Positions 21,028-30,215 of a DNA stretch of 64,000 nt are shown here, piece after piece; position 1 is the first letter of the stretch; each line of letters begins with the position of its first letter. A program made the position numbers and the translations under genes. The notes under the pieces were generated by a model. The model was not told the DNA's origin and did no database searches. It worked only from the letters and a program-made list of their open reading frames with translations. The DNA comes from Candidatus Wolfebacteria bacterium GW2011_GWB1_47_1. GTDB taxonomy: Bacteria > Patescibacteriota > Minisyncoccia > UBA6257 > UBA9933. The stretch covers positions 811,969-875,968 of the forward strand of contig CP011209.1 in NCBI GenBank assembly GCA_001029635.1, read 5' to 3'.

Positions 21028-22800
21028 TTACAATTTTCCTTCTTCCGCTATTTCCAATAGTTGCTCCGGATTTGTCGTTATGATCCGGTCCTCGAAATAG
21101 GACGGGATGATCTTGATCGCCACGTGCTTCATCCCCACAAGGAAAATCCCCTCTCCCACTCCCGCCGACAACACAAGACTCTTTTCCGCTTCACTGAGCG
21201 AAAAAGTCTTTGCAAGTGTTTCAATGCTCGATGGAGCCTGCTTCAATAGCAGCTGCAGCGACGAGTTCGATACAATCGGTACACCAAACGGCGAGTTCAT
21301 AAAGTCATCCACGTTCTGCGTAATCGTGGTCATTCCCAAGTAATATTTACGACATCGTTTTGCGAGTGCAAACAAGAACGACGCACTGTCTGCGTGCTTC
21401 ATCAAGACCCAAGCCTCATCGATGATCAGGATGCGCTTTTTCATCTCTGCGCGGATCAAATTCCAAATATAGCTCAGCATCATGTACATTGCGATTGGCC
21501 GTAACTCCTCTTCAAGATCGCGTGTCGAAAAGATCACCAACCGATTGTTGACATCCACATTCGTTGCCCGATTGGCAAACCCCGCATAAGTACCTTGGGT
21601 AAATTTGTACAGCTTCGCCGCCATACTCTTCCCTCCTTCCATGTTTTCCAAGACTGTCTGCAAATCGCTCAGTAATGGCGCTTCCAATGTCGAGAAATCC
21701 TTAATGTCACTCGTGATACCGCGCGATGCGTATGTTTCATTGATTGCTCGATCCAGCAGCGCATCTTCTTCCGGTGTGATCGCCCCCATCATCAGCTTGA
21801 GTAGGCCAACGATGTTCAAAATATGCGACTTGTACACATCGGCAGGGTCTTCTCCTTGCGGTACGACAGGGATATCCAACGGATTGATTGCCGTATCGGA
21901 TGTCAGCGATATCTTCAACAAGCTTCCTCCAACCGCATCGGCCAACTTTTGGTACTCGTTTTCCGGATCGATGACGATGACGTCAATGCCCATCATTAAC
22001 GAACGCAAAATTTCCAATTTTGTACCATACGATTTACCGGCACCGGATTTTGCGAATACCACCTGGTTCGCGTTTTCCAATGAGAATCGGTCAAAAATAA
22101 TCAACGAATTGTTATGCTGATTAATACCGTACAATACACCCTTATCTGACGTGAGGTCTTCCGATACGAATGGAAAAAATGACGAGATCGGACTCGTATT
22201 CAATGCAGTGTGGATCTGCAATTTGTCCTGCGCAATTGGTAATGTCGAAATAAATCCTTCAATATGTTGAAAGATCGACGGCTTCACATACACCATCTGA
22301 CTATCCAGCATTGACGTGATACGATCTTCCGCCCGCGCAAGCTCATCGACAGAATTCGCGTAGATCGTTATATATACCCCCACATCAAATAACTTCTCTT
22401 CCGCCTGCTGCAATTGATCGCGCAGGGCTTCGATATCCTGATATGCCGTTTCCAATGCCGGGTCTCGGACCAATCCTTTTTCATCACGCTCCGAAAGCTG
22501 CGCCTCTACCTGAGTCACTTTTCTTCGCAACTTCGATAGCGCCGCCGATGTATCGATCGGATGCACAAAAATGGAAATGTCTAGAAGATTTGGCAAATTA
22601 ATGATCACGTCAAACCACCCGGTCGACAGATATCGCGGATAGGTGAACACGAAAATCGTCTTTGCGTACGTATCTCCGAGTCTTATGTAATTAGGATTTG
22701 CTTCAAGCGCAGCAGGAGCGATGACATTCTTTACGTCGTCCCCCTCCTCATATGCCTGCGGTACGGTTATTTTTTCCATTTTTGTAGTTAGTGTTGTCAT
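21028..22800 (-). CDS. virB4: VirB4/TrbE/CagE-family type IV secretion ATPase, catalytic portion
   Basis: Walker A FAKSGAGKSYGT and Walker B LIIDEAW. 590-614 aa depending on start. Listed ORF reaches 22872 via GTG; the more plausible start is ATG 22798-22800 (MTTLTTK). A REP-like insertion lies at 22791-22875. Confidence 0.8.
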   Translation of the reverse strand: MTTLTTKMEKITVPQAYEEGDDVKNVIAPAALEANPNYIRLGDTYAKTIFVFTYPRYLSTGWFDVIINLPNLLDISIFVHPIDTSAALSKLRRKVTQVEAQLSERDEKGLVRDPALETAYQDIEALRDQLQQAEEKLFDVGVYITIYANSVDELARAEDRITSMLDSQMVYVKPSIFQHIEGFISTLPIAQDKLQIHTALNTSPISSFFPFVSEDLTSDKGVLYGINQHNNSLIIFDRFSLENANQVVFAKSGAGKSYGTKLEILRSLMMGIDVIVIDPENEYQKLADAVGGSLLKISLTSDTAINPLDIPVVPQGEDPADVYKSHILNIVGLLKLMMGAITPEEDALLDRAINETYASRGITSDIKDFSTLEAPLLSDLQTVLENMEGGKSMAAKLYKFTQGTYAGFANRATNVDVNNRLVIFSTRDLEEELRPIAMYMMLSYIWNLIRAEMKKRILIIDEAWVLMKHADSASFLFALAKRCRKYYLGMTTITQNVDDFMNSPFGVPIVSNSSLQLLLKQAPSSIETLAKTFSLSEAEKSLVLSAGVGEGIFLVGMKHVAIKIIPSYFEDRIITTNPEQLLEIAEEGKL

Positions 22801-22830
22801 TCCGTGCTTGACACGGAATCTTATTATTAG
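22791..22830. repeat. REP-like element, family R, at the VirB4 split site
   Basis: gtcattccgtgcttgacacggaatc hairpin, then caggatgacac at 22860-22870. Confidence 0.5.
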
Positions 22831-22875
22831 CCTTCCGATACGAGATTCTGAAACAAGTTCAGGATGACACACTTA

Positions 22876-23526
22876 TTATTTCTGTTTCGCGATTCCTATT
22901 CCCTTCTTCTCGGTTGCCGCAGGATTATATAAATTATAAAATAGTTCGATCAGCTCGGCATCATTTAATGTGACTGCGCGCAATCCGATTCCTGAAAGTC
23001 CCGTCGCAACGTGGTCGGCGCGCTGATTCAACTGTTCTATCTGTTCATTTAATGTCTTTTCGTCCTCCGTTTTCGTATCCTTTTTCTTTCCAAAAAATGG
23101 AATGCCGCTCATTATTCCTCCCGATGTCGGTAATCCAGCAGTGTCGTACGAAACCACAACAAAGAACGACTTGCCCATGATGTCGCTTTGTTCGACGAAT
23201 GACTTGATGAATTCGCCATATTCGGCGATCTGCTCTCGAAGCAATTCATTTTCCTCGTGTTCCTTGCGTTGTTCCAGCCCCTCCAAGTAGCCCTGAATAT
23301 TGAGTCTTCTCGAATGGACAATAATCTGCAGCGAAAAATCGAGTGAGTTTAAAAAGCTCTGGTATGCCTGTAAAATAATATTTTTATCCTCTTCGGATTT
23401 TAACGCAAAATTGATCCCACTTACCAGTAAGATCTTGCGCAATGAACCTCCCTTAAGAATCACCGTTCCCCTCTGTACCCGTTCTACATCTACAAATTGT
23501 TGCGTTGCCTGTGCTTCTACTGCCAT
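22876..23526 (-). CDS. VirB4 N-terminal-domain-like protein. It is in the same frame as virB4 and separated from it only by tandem TAA TAA.
   Basis: 216 aa, soluble. It ends AKQK with stop codon 22876-22878; the next codon 22873-22875 is also TAA; GTG at 22870-22872 is the listed virB4 ORF start. Confidence 0.5.
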   Translation of the reverse strand: MAVEAQATQQFVDVERVQRGTVILKGGSLRKILLVSGINFALKSEEDKNIILQAYQSFLNSLDFSLQIIVHSRRLNIQGYLEGLEQRKEHEENELLREQIAEYGEFIKSFVEQSDIMGKSFFVVVSYDTAGLPTSGGIMSGIPFFGKKKDTKTEDEKTLNEQIEQLNQRADHVATGLSGIGLRAVTLNDAELIELFYNLYNPAATEKKGIGIAKQK

Positions 23527-23624
23527 ATATCACGTATTATACACTAAGATTTGCCCTTTTGCATTCTCCCCATCCTTCTTTCTATCGATTAATTTTGCAA
23601 TTGATCAATCGTCCAATCAACTCT

Positions 23625-24175
23625 CTACCTAAAATCCACCCGTTTCGCCACCTCCTGCTCACCTGTCTGCCTTCTAAATATGCTCAGCTTTTCCGCAACT
23701 GCCGCAGGGATTGCCTTCTCGCGTTGCGGGATTGGATTCTTTCTTGTCGTAAGATCCGATGACAGCTTATTAATCGATGGCATTTGGGCAGTAAATTGCT
23801 TCAGCGTGTTTCTTTGGTCGATAATCTTTTCTTCAGGAACCGGTGCTGTTGTCGGTTTAATGTTTGCAAATTCCGGCACTTCAATCACGCGCTCCTTTAT
23901 TTCCCGCTTCCATAGATATAACCTTGGCTTCCAGAAGAATCCTACAGCCGCAAATGCAATGCGTGTCAGGGGCTGTCCGTTAACCTTTACCAGCGCCAAT
24001 GCAAGCGCCCCTCCGAGCGATATAAGCGCAACTATCGCACCTGCCAAAAAAGGCATCGTTGTAAACGCTAAAAATGCCACTACTCCTCCTCCAACCACGT
24101 ACAGCAACTGTCGTAACGAAAAAGGACCGGCGATTTTGTCTTCTATTTCAATAAATTGAGGTATTTGGAATTGCA
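23625..24175 (-). CDS. T4SS-associated small membrane protein (two TM)
   Basis: Start taken as MQFQIPQFIEIEDKIAGPFSLRQLLYVVGG. The longer listed ORF 23625-24350 begins inside REP copies. Confidence 0.45.
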
Positions 24176-24227
24176 TGGGTAGCTCGATAGCAAATAGCTT
24201 ATTAGCTCGTTGGTGGCATGTGGATAT

Positions 24228-24300
24228 TTTGTCATTCCGGCGGAGGCCGGAATTTATTTTGATCTGGACCCCGGCCTCCGCCGGGGTGACAATTTGGTCC
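24228..24300. repeat. REP-like elements, family R, tandem inverted pair
   Basis: tgtcattccggcggaggccggaat ... ccccggcctccgccggggtgacaa. Confidence 0.6.
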
Positions 24301-24306
24301 GATTTA

Positions 24307-25464
24307 TTACTTCTTATCCTGTACCCGCTCCAGCATCCGCAGGTCGACAATGTCGTCGTTTACCGGAATCTGCGCAAGTTGTGGTTCCTTCGCTGCGGGC
24401 GCTTGCTGAGCAACTACACCAACCCGTTGCGGCGTCTTCATTATCGTAGCTTCAGGAATCTTTGGCATCGATGCCATCGGCTTGCCCTCCTCCGGCATTG
24501 CCGGTACGGGAATGGCAACGGATGAGATCACTTCATTCTGCGCGCCAAGATCAACAACCCTTGGCTCAAAGTCTACCACATGCTCCTGCTTTGTCGTAGG
24601 GACGAATATCGGCTCTATACCCTTTTGTTGTGCCTGCTCTTGCTGGCCAAACATATCCTGAGGAGCCTTTGCACTCGTATAATGGACCACTTTCACCTCC
24701 TGTTGCGGTGTTTTTGCCACCTCCTCCGACTTCTTCCCCAACCCCTCAATCATACTTATCTGAGCCGTTACGGCAGGGCCTGCGGATTTTTGCTCCTGAT
24801 TACGCTTAAATCCAAATACTCCTCCAAATGAACTCAGCGGTCTTCTCTTTTGTGTCACCGGCACAAGATCAGCTTCGGCATGTATAATTGTCGGGGCCGG
24901 CATACCGACTCCATCTTCCGCTGCCCCCGTTGGGACACTTACATTCCTACCCATATCCCCTTCGATTCGCACCTTTCTTATTTCCACAGATGCTTCCTGC
25001 TCTTCCGTTACTATCGCAGGATTTATACGATCAGTCGCGATCATTGCAGGGGTTTGCGCAGTCGCCTCCCCGCTCGTTTGCGCTGCATTCTGCTCTCGTG
25101 CGGGCCCCTCCTCCGCCATAATAGCCGGACTTTCTCCTGATACATCCGCGCGTAACTTCAAAATTAACCCTTTAACCGGATCGAATATCCGTTTATCAAT
25201 TTGAAAAATGATCGGGTCGATCGCCTTTTGATCCATCCCCGGGATGGATTGCAATTCCTTTGCTAAGTCGTTGATATGAGTAAATCCAAGCAGTATGTTA
25301 CCCATAACTATCAATACCACATCAATAATTTCTTCCGACAATCCAGCGTCCTCGCATGCCTTCCATATAATTTCCCCATTATCCACAGAGAAAAAGGCCT
25401 CCTTAAGCTCGTCAGGCACCTGTCCCCATCGGTCATAGATTTGTTCGTTGGTCACTGTTTGCAT
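24307..25464 (-). CDS. Hypothetical protein with a low-complexity C-terminal half
   Basis: 385 aa. Lies between the VirB6-like gene and the small membrane protein. Confidence 0.45.
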   Translation of the reverse strand: MQTVTNEQIYDRWGQVPDELKEAFFSVDNGEIIWKACEDAGLSEEIIDVVLIVMGNILLGFTHINDLAKELQSIPGMDQKAIDPIIFQIDKRIFDPVKGLILKLRADVSGESPAIMAEEGPAREQNAAQTSGEATAQTPAMIATDRINPAIVTEEQEASVEIRKVRIEGDMGRNVSVPTGAAEDGVGMPAPTIIHAEADLVPVTQKRRPLSSFGGVFGFKRNQEQKSAGPAVTAQISMIEGLGKKSEEVAKTPQQEVKVVHYTSAKAPQDMFGQQEQAQQKGIEPIFVPTTKQEHVVDFEPRVVDLGAQNEVISSVAIPVPAMPEEGKPMASMPKIPEATIMKTPQRVGVVAQQAPAAKEPQLAQIPVNDDIVDLRMLERVQDKK

Positions 25465-25479
25465 TGCCGTTACTTTTGG

Positions 25480-27771
25480 TTATGCTTTTTTCTCTTCTTC
25501 CTTACTTGCCGTATACAAACGACTTGCCCCCGACTTTCTCATTGAATCCTGCATGCGCACTATATGTTGATAATCCTCAGACTCCTTCTTCATCGATGAG
25601 AAGTCCGCACTGTCCCGTGCATGCAACATCTTCATCTGCGCTTCGATATCATTTAGTACGCGTTCTCCTCCGAGATTCTTATATGCCTTTGCATCATGTT
25701 CTTCGATCCATGTCAGCATTTCCTTAATATCTTTTGTTTTCGCTATATCCTCATTTGTTGCCTTAAGCTCTTTCATAACCGAAACCAATTCTTTATTGGT
25801 TGCTCCGGCGATCTCAGCACCCTTCGTCGCCTTGATTCCGTCGATCACTCCCTGCTTTATTTCGGCACCAATCCCTTCTATCTTACCCATGAATTTTTTC
25901 ACCTCCGGACCCTTACCAATACCTTTCGTAAGAGAAGCGAGGGCACGTGGATCGTTCATCATTAATGACTGTAGCGCTTCCTTACCGTATTTGCCTTTAT
26001 CATAGAAATCAAATCCCAGAGCAACGCGATCCTTTTCGGCAAATGAATCAAAGAACTTCTTCGCCTCCTCCTGATACTTCTTCTTTGCACTTACAATAGC
26101 ATCTGTCTTGGCCACGCCTGGTGGCAATGCATTTGCTGCGTCAACGCCCTTTTGTGCGGTCAGCATCTCGGCATTCCTTCCTGCTGCCTTAGTTAGCTTT
26201 GCATATGCTCCTGCGCCACCAATGCCATCGAACTGCCCCTTAATGCCAGTCGCACCCGTGCTCATAATATCCGCATCAAGGATCTTTTCGTTGATCTTCC
26301 CTAGGTTGCCACCCTTAGCGAGCTGCTGTTGCGCAAAGAACTTCTCGTCGGTAGCCATGGTCGCATAGCGGCCGGCCAAGCTGTCGTCGGACATTCCCTT
26401 GAACTTCTCGTCGAATGCCTTCTTAAGCGCTGCCTGCTGCGATTGCGATATCGCCTGCCCTGCGCGTCCCAAAGCACCAGCAGTCCTCCCTTTGGCCCAA
26501 CCCATAACACCCGGCTTACGCTCCGCCTCCATCTTGCGTAGATCGGCCGCACTTACGCCATACTTCTTGGCAACATAGCCTGCCCCAGCAATGCCTGCTG
26601 CCGCGCCCCGCGCACCCATGCGGCGCGCTCCGCGTTCAGTCTCTCTGCGCACATATGCCTGCGTGCCCTTGCCCATCTTTTCGAGCCTCGCCTTACTCCA
26701 GCCAGACATATTACTGATCATGTCCTTGCTTCCTTTTGCTCCCTTCAAGCTGATGCTATTTGCCGCGATCAACGACATCATCATGAACATGATCGCCATG
26801 GCGGCCTGCACAACGGAACTCATCGTAAACAGAAGGCCATCTCCAAACGCATACGTTGCGTTGCCACCGCTACCGGCAGCTGTCGGAGCGGGATTATCGA
26901 ATGCATTTAGCGATGTTAGTGACAGCCACATGAAAAATATCATGACCGGTGGGAACATCGTCCATCGCACAAAGTCATTCCACCATTTGTCCCAATGACT
27001 ACGCGTTGACGGAAATATCCTGGAAACGAATACGATCGGTGTAAGCACCAGCAAAAATGTCAACGTAAAATACCGGATGAATAACATCGCCGCGATCGTC
27101 ATCATAATGACCGATGCGATAAGCGTGAAGATGATAATGAACACCATACTTCCGATAATGCTCAATATCCCTGATCCGAATTTGTCCATTGCTCCCGCAA
27201 TGCTTGTAGCTCCGCTTTTTGTACTCAAAAATCCTGAAATATCAAACCCACTCGCGAGCGCAGACGTTATATTCCCTCCCGACAATCCAGACTGCTGTAC
27301 AAAAAACTCGGTCACCATTCCTGAAAAATCAATCAGCACTCCAGGAATCACCAAACTGAAGTTCACAAGAAGTGAAATGACGATCAGAGGCACTAATGCC
27401 TTCTTCATGCCGTATGACTCAAAATTCAGCATCGTCGCAAATGCGATGACGATCAACGCTATTACGAGCGCCAGATCTGCTACGTTTACGAATACCGTCC
27501 ACCCCTTAAAGAGAAATACGTTCTTTGCCGGATCCAATATTGTATTATTCAGATTCATGCCCAGTTCGATGAACGAACCTCCAAGCATAAAGAACTTCTG
27601 GGCAACCCAAGTAAAAATTACTAAAATAGCCTGACTCGCCTTGGTGATTACGGACGTCCCTAAAGAATCAATATATCCCGCCACCTGTGCGTATGTAAAC
27701 TGCGTAAGCGCGATTTCAAAAATCGCGCTTACAAGTCCGATTAAAAGAATTTTTTTATAGATCGATTTCAT
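25480..27771 (-). CDS. VirB6/TrbL-like polytopic membrane protein with a long hydrophilic C-terminal tail
   Basis: 763 aa. At least 6 TM helices in the N-terminal 350 aa, then a charged Ala/Lys/Gly-rich tail, typical of TrbL/VirB6-type components. Confidence 0.6.
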   Translation of the reverse strand: MKSIYKKILLIGLVSAIFEIALTQFTYAQVAGYIDSLGTSVITKASQAILVIFTWVAQKFFMLGGSFIELGMNLNNTILDPAKNVFLFKGWTVFVNVADLALVIALIVIAFATMLNFESYGMKKALVPLIVISLLVNFSLVIPGVLIDFSGMVTEFFVQQSGLSGGNITSALASGFDISGFLSTKSGATSIAGAMDKFGSGILSIIGSMVFIIIFTLIASVIMMTIAAMLFIRYFTLTFLLVLTPIVFVSRIFPSTRSHWDKWWNDFVRWTMFPPVMIFFMWLSLTSLNAFDNPAPTAAGSGGNATYAFGDGLLFTMSSVVQAAMAIMFMMMSLIAANSISLKGAKGSKDMISNMSGWSKARLEKMGKGTQAYVRRETERGARRMGARGAAAGIAGAGYVAKKYGVSAADLRKMEAERKPGVMGWAKGRTAGALGRAGQAISQSQQAALKKAFDEKFKGMSDDSLAGRYATMATDEKFFAQQQLAKGGNLGKINEKILDADIMSTGATGIKGQFDGIGGAGAYAKLTKAAGRNAEMLTAQKGVDAANALPPGVAKTDAIVSAKKKYQEEAKKFFDSFAEKDRVALGFDFYDKGKYGKEALQSLMMNDPRALASLTKGIGKGPEVKKFMGKIEGIGAEIKQGVIDGIKATKGAEIAGATNKELVSVMKELKATNEDIAKTKDIKEMLTWIEEHDAKAYKNLGGERVLNDIEAQMKMLHARDSADFSSMKKESEDYQHIVRMQDSMRKSGASRLYTASKEEEKKA

Positions 27772-27816
27772 GTGGCGATAGCACCAATTCCAGTCTCACT
27801 TTTTCTTCCTAGACTC

Positions 27817-29334
27817 CTATGGAGTTGCAGGCGTCCCAGCTCCCTGCACAGTCCTGCATGTTTGCAGTCGTGTTAAAACAAGATCCAGCTCTCCTTTCCA
27901 TGCAACAGACTGATCCTTCGCATCTTGCAGTTGTTGTGGGTATGCTGTGGTTGGATCAGTAATCAAGGCGCCGCGCGCGTACTTGTCCATGAAGTCCTTC
28001 ACGGCATTTGTTGCCAGAATAGCCTCTCTCGTATTAAGCATATTCGCCCCTTCAACCCTGCTAATAGCCCCCTGCGCCTCATCGAGTTTCGCCTGCAGGT
28101 CCGCCAGTTCCGTTGTAAGTAATCCGCCGCGCGCCGTCACTTCTGCAATCTCATTTTCCGTAACTTGTGGCGGACATAGCACACCCGCCTCCTGGATCCC
28201 TTTGATCGCGCTGAGGTTTGCCGTTATTTGCTCGCTATAAGTTACCGATAAGCGCTTTTGCGCAACCAATGCACTCCACTGATCTTTAAACGGCTTTACT
28301 TGATCCGTCAGATCCTTCTTGTCGTCATTCGTAAGTGCGTCGATCTCCGGAGCGAGTTGCGTTGATGGATTAAACCCATTCTGAGGGTTCTCATTTCCCG
28401 TCATCAGTGCTAGTCCTTCGCTCATCATGCGATTGATTCCCGCATTGATCGCAGCCGAAATAATGCTCTGTACTCCCGATACATAGATATTGTCAGATCC
28501 GATCATATTTTTCACCGCCCCCGCGACAGCGTCTCCTGGTGTCTGGACCTGTTCCTTCGTACATGTCGCTGCCTCCGTGGCATAGTCGTAACAATAGTTT
28601 GGATCGCCCGTATCAAAATAATTATTTGCGACACAGTAATCGTACATTTCCTGCGAGTTGTCCTCGATACACTTACTCACCGACAAGAATCCACTACCTG
28701 CACCCGCTTCCTGCTTCTTTTTCTCTGCGCTCACGGTCGATCGCGTCTTCATGTCGTCATCAAACATAACCAACTGCATGTAGAGATTGTTCTCCGGCTT
28801 TATCGAGGCGCCATACGCAAGCCATCCTCCATTTTCAAAATTTTCATAAAAATCCTCCACATTCGCCACGATATCCGAAATGGTACAGCTTGCCTGTTGG
28901 CTTACCGGCTGCTCTTCCGGGATCATTGCGATCTTCAGCTGTAATGCGAATGGCGTACACAGGTTCGCGAGCTGCGTCTGGCTTATCGTTTGGTTGACTC
29001 CTTCCATTGCGGCATCCTTCAGGAGCCCTCCCCAATCGCTAACAAATTTCGGCTTTCCGTTCCCTTGGATCCACGCAACCGTCTGCTTGTTGATCTCGTT
29101 AACGATTGCCTTTACAACCTGATCGCGCAACGTATTCCATAATTCGGTCTTCGCCCACTGCGCAACTTGCGTCACCCAATTCATACTGTTCGCAGCCGAG
29201 CCAATCGCCGTCAATGCGTTAAGCGGTCCATCAATGACTGGAATCGCGTATGACTTCTGTGGCGTCGCTAATCCAACCATAAGCACAGCAACGCACATCA
29301 TCGAAACGATAATTTTTTTCACTGTAGTATGCAT
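27817..29334 (-). CDS. Secreted T4SS-associated protein, possibly a VirB5/TrbJ-like minor pilin or adhesin
   Basis: 505 aa with a signal peptide (MCVAVLMVGLATPQKSYA) and coiled-coil-prone segments. Confidence 0.45.
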   Translation of the reverse strand: MHTTVKKIIVSMMCVAVLMVGLATPQKSYAIPVIDGPLNALTAIGSAANSMNWVTQVAQWAKTELWNTLRDQVVKAIVNEINKQTVAWIQGNGKPKFVSDWGGLLKDAAMEGVNQTISQTQLANLCTPFALQLKIAMIPEEQPVSQQASCTISDIVANVEDFYENFENGGWLAYGASIKPENNLYMQLVMFDDDMKTRSTVSAEKKKQEAGAGSGFLSVSKCIEDNSQEMYDYCVANNYFDTGDPNYCYDYATEAATCTKEQVQTPGDAVAGAVKNMIGSDNIYVSGVQSIISAAINAGINRMMSEGLALMTGNENPQNGFNPSTQLAPEIDALTNDDKKDLTDQVKPFKDQWSALVAQKRLSVTYSEQITANLSAIKGIQEAGVLCPPQVTENEIAEVTARGGLLTTELADLQAKLDEAQGAISRVEGANMLNTREAILATNAVKDFMDKYARGALITDPTTAYPQQLQDAKDQSVAWKGELDLVLTRLQTCRTVQGAGTPATP

Positions 29335-29338
29335 GAAA

Positions 29339-30160
29339 TTATAATCCTACTTCAGTATACATTTTTTGCAGCAACTTTTGTAGTAGCGATGAATTTTGAC
29401 CAAACTCAGACAAGGACTGAGCAACCGAATATCCTTTCAATGGATCGGCCGCGCATCCCGCTATCCCGGAAAAAATAACGCTTCCTTGTAAATAATGCGT
29501 GATCCCTTGCTTGTGAAACACCACCCATTGCGATGGCGTTTGTATCTTCATCATATCCCTTGCGATTGCAGTATAGTCATCAGACAATTCTTTGCTGATA
29601 TTCGTCTGTTGACCCGCGCAGGATTGCTCTATCAATCCCTCCAATCCTCCGGGGATATTTTTATATGATTCCTTTACCGGATGGCGCGCCAGCATCGCTT
29701 CAAGGTCCTTCAAATACCGCCGCTTCGCATCCCGCGTGTTGTTCATAATCGTCTTTAAATCGGAATTCTTTACCACGATTCCTTCAAATACCGCATTGGT
29801 CGATTCAGCAACTGACCGCTCGACTGCATTGCGCACCTCTGCCGTATCACTGTTCTTTTCATCAAACGGACTCTTCCCTTGCTGATCAAGTGTCTTCATT
29901 TGTTCGAACGTTGCGCGCGCGATCACCTTTGTCATGTTTGCGCCATCATCCCCTTTACCCTCGCTCAACAAATCCGCACCCATCAGCCCCGCTCCCAATC
30001 CCTCCAGTTCAGTCAATGCGGATGTTCCGTCGAGCGTTGCATTGCCTCTACCCTCCAGCTTGTCCACTTGACCGGCCTCATTTCTACTTGCGACTCCATA
30101 TGCGGCAAAAAGTACCGCCGCAAGTCCTATAAACATAATTGCTATTCCTTTTTTCTCCAT
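29339..30160 (-). CDS. Secreted or membrane-anchored hypothetical protein. First gene of the cluster.
   Basis: 273 aa with an N-terminal signal/anchor (IAIMFIGLAAVLFAAYGVAS). Confidence 0.45.
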   Translation of the reverse strand: MEKKGIAIMFIGLAAVLFAAYGVASRNEAGQVDKLEGRGNATLDGTSALTELEGLGAGLMGADLLSEGKGDDGANMTKVIARATFEQMKTLDQQGKSPFDEKNSDTAEVRNAVERSVAESTNAVFEGIVVKNSDLKTIMNNTRDAKRRYLKDLEAMLARHPVKESYKNIPGGLEGLIEQSCAGQQTNISKELSDDYTAIARDMMKIQTPSQWVVFHKQGITHYLQGSVIFSGIAGCAADPLKGYSVAQSLSEFGQNSSLLQKLLQKMYTEVGL

Positions 30161-30215
30161 ACTATTTTTATAGTATAGCCGTAAACATAATTAACGGCAA
30201 ACGTTTTTCATTGCG

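Noticed and set aside
22801-22872. N-terminal extension of the listed VirB4 ORF (MCHPELVSESRIGRLIIRFRVKHG, GTG start)
   Set aside because: The extension is translated REP-like repeat sequence and follows tandem stops. The ATG at 22798-22800 (MTTLTTK) is the more plausible start.
24176-24350. N-terminal 58 aa of ORF 23625-24350 and overlapping small ORFs 24175-24525, 24210-24449
   Set aside because: These read through two REP-like copies (giving PAEAGV-type peptides). The hydrophobic protein begins at MQFQIP.
25465-25479. Possible read-through fusion between ORF 24307-25464 and the VirB6-like gene (same frame, 5 codons apart)
   Set aside because: Frame identity has a one-in-three chance. The downstream ORF has its own ATG and the upstream stop is a single TAA. 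No evidence for recoding.
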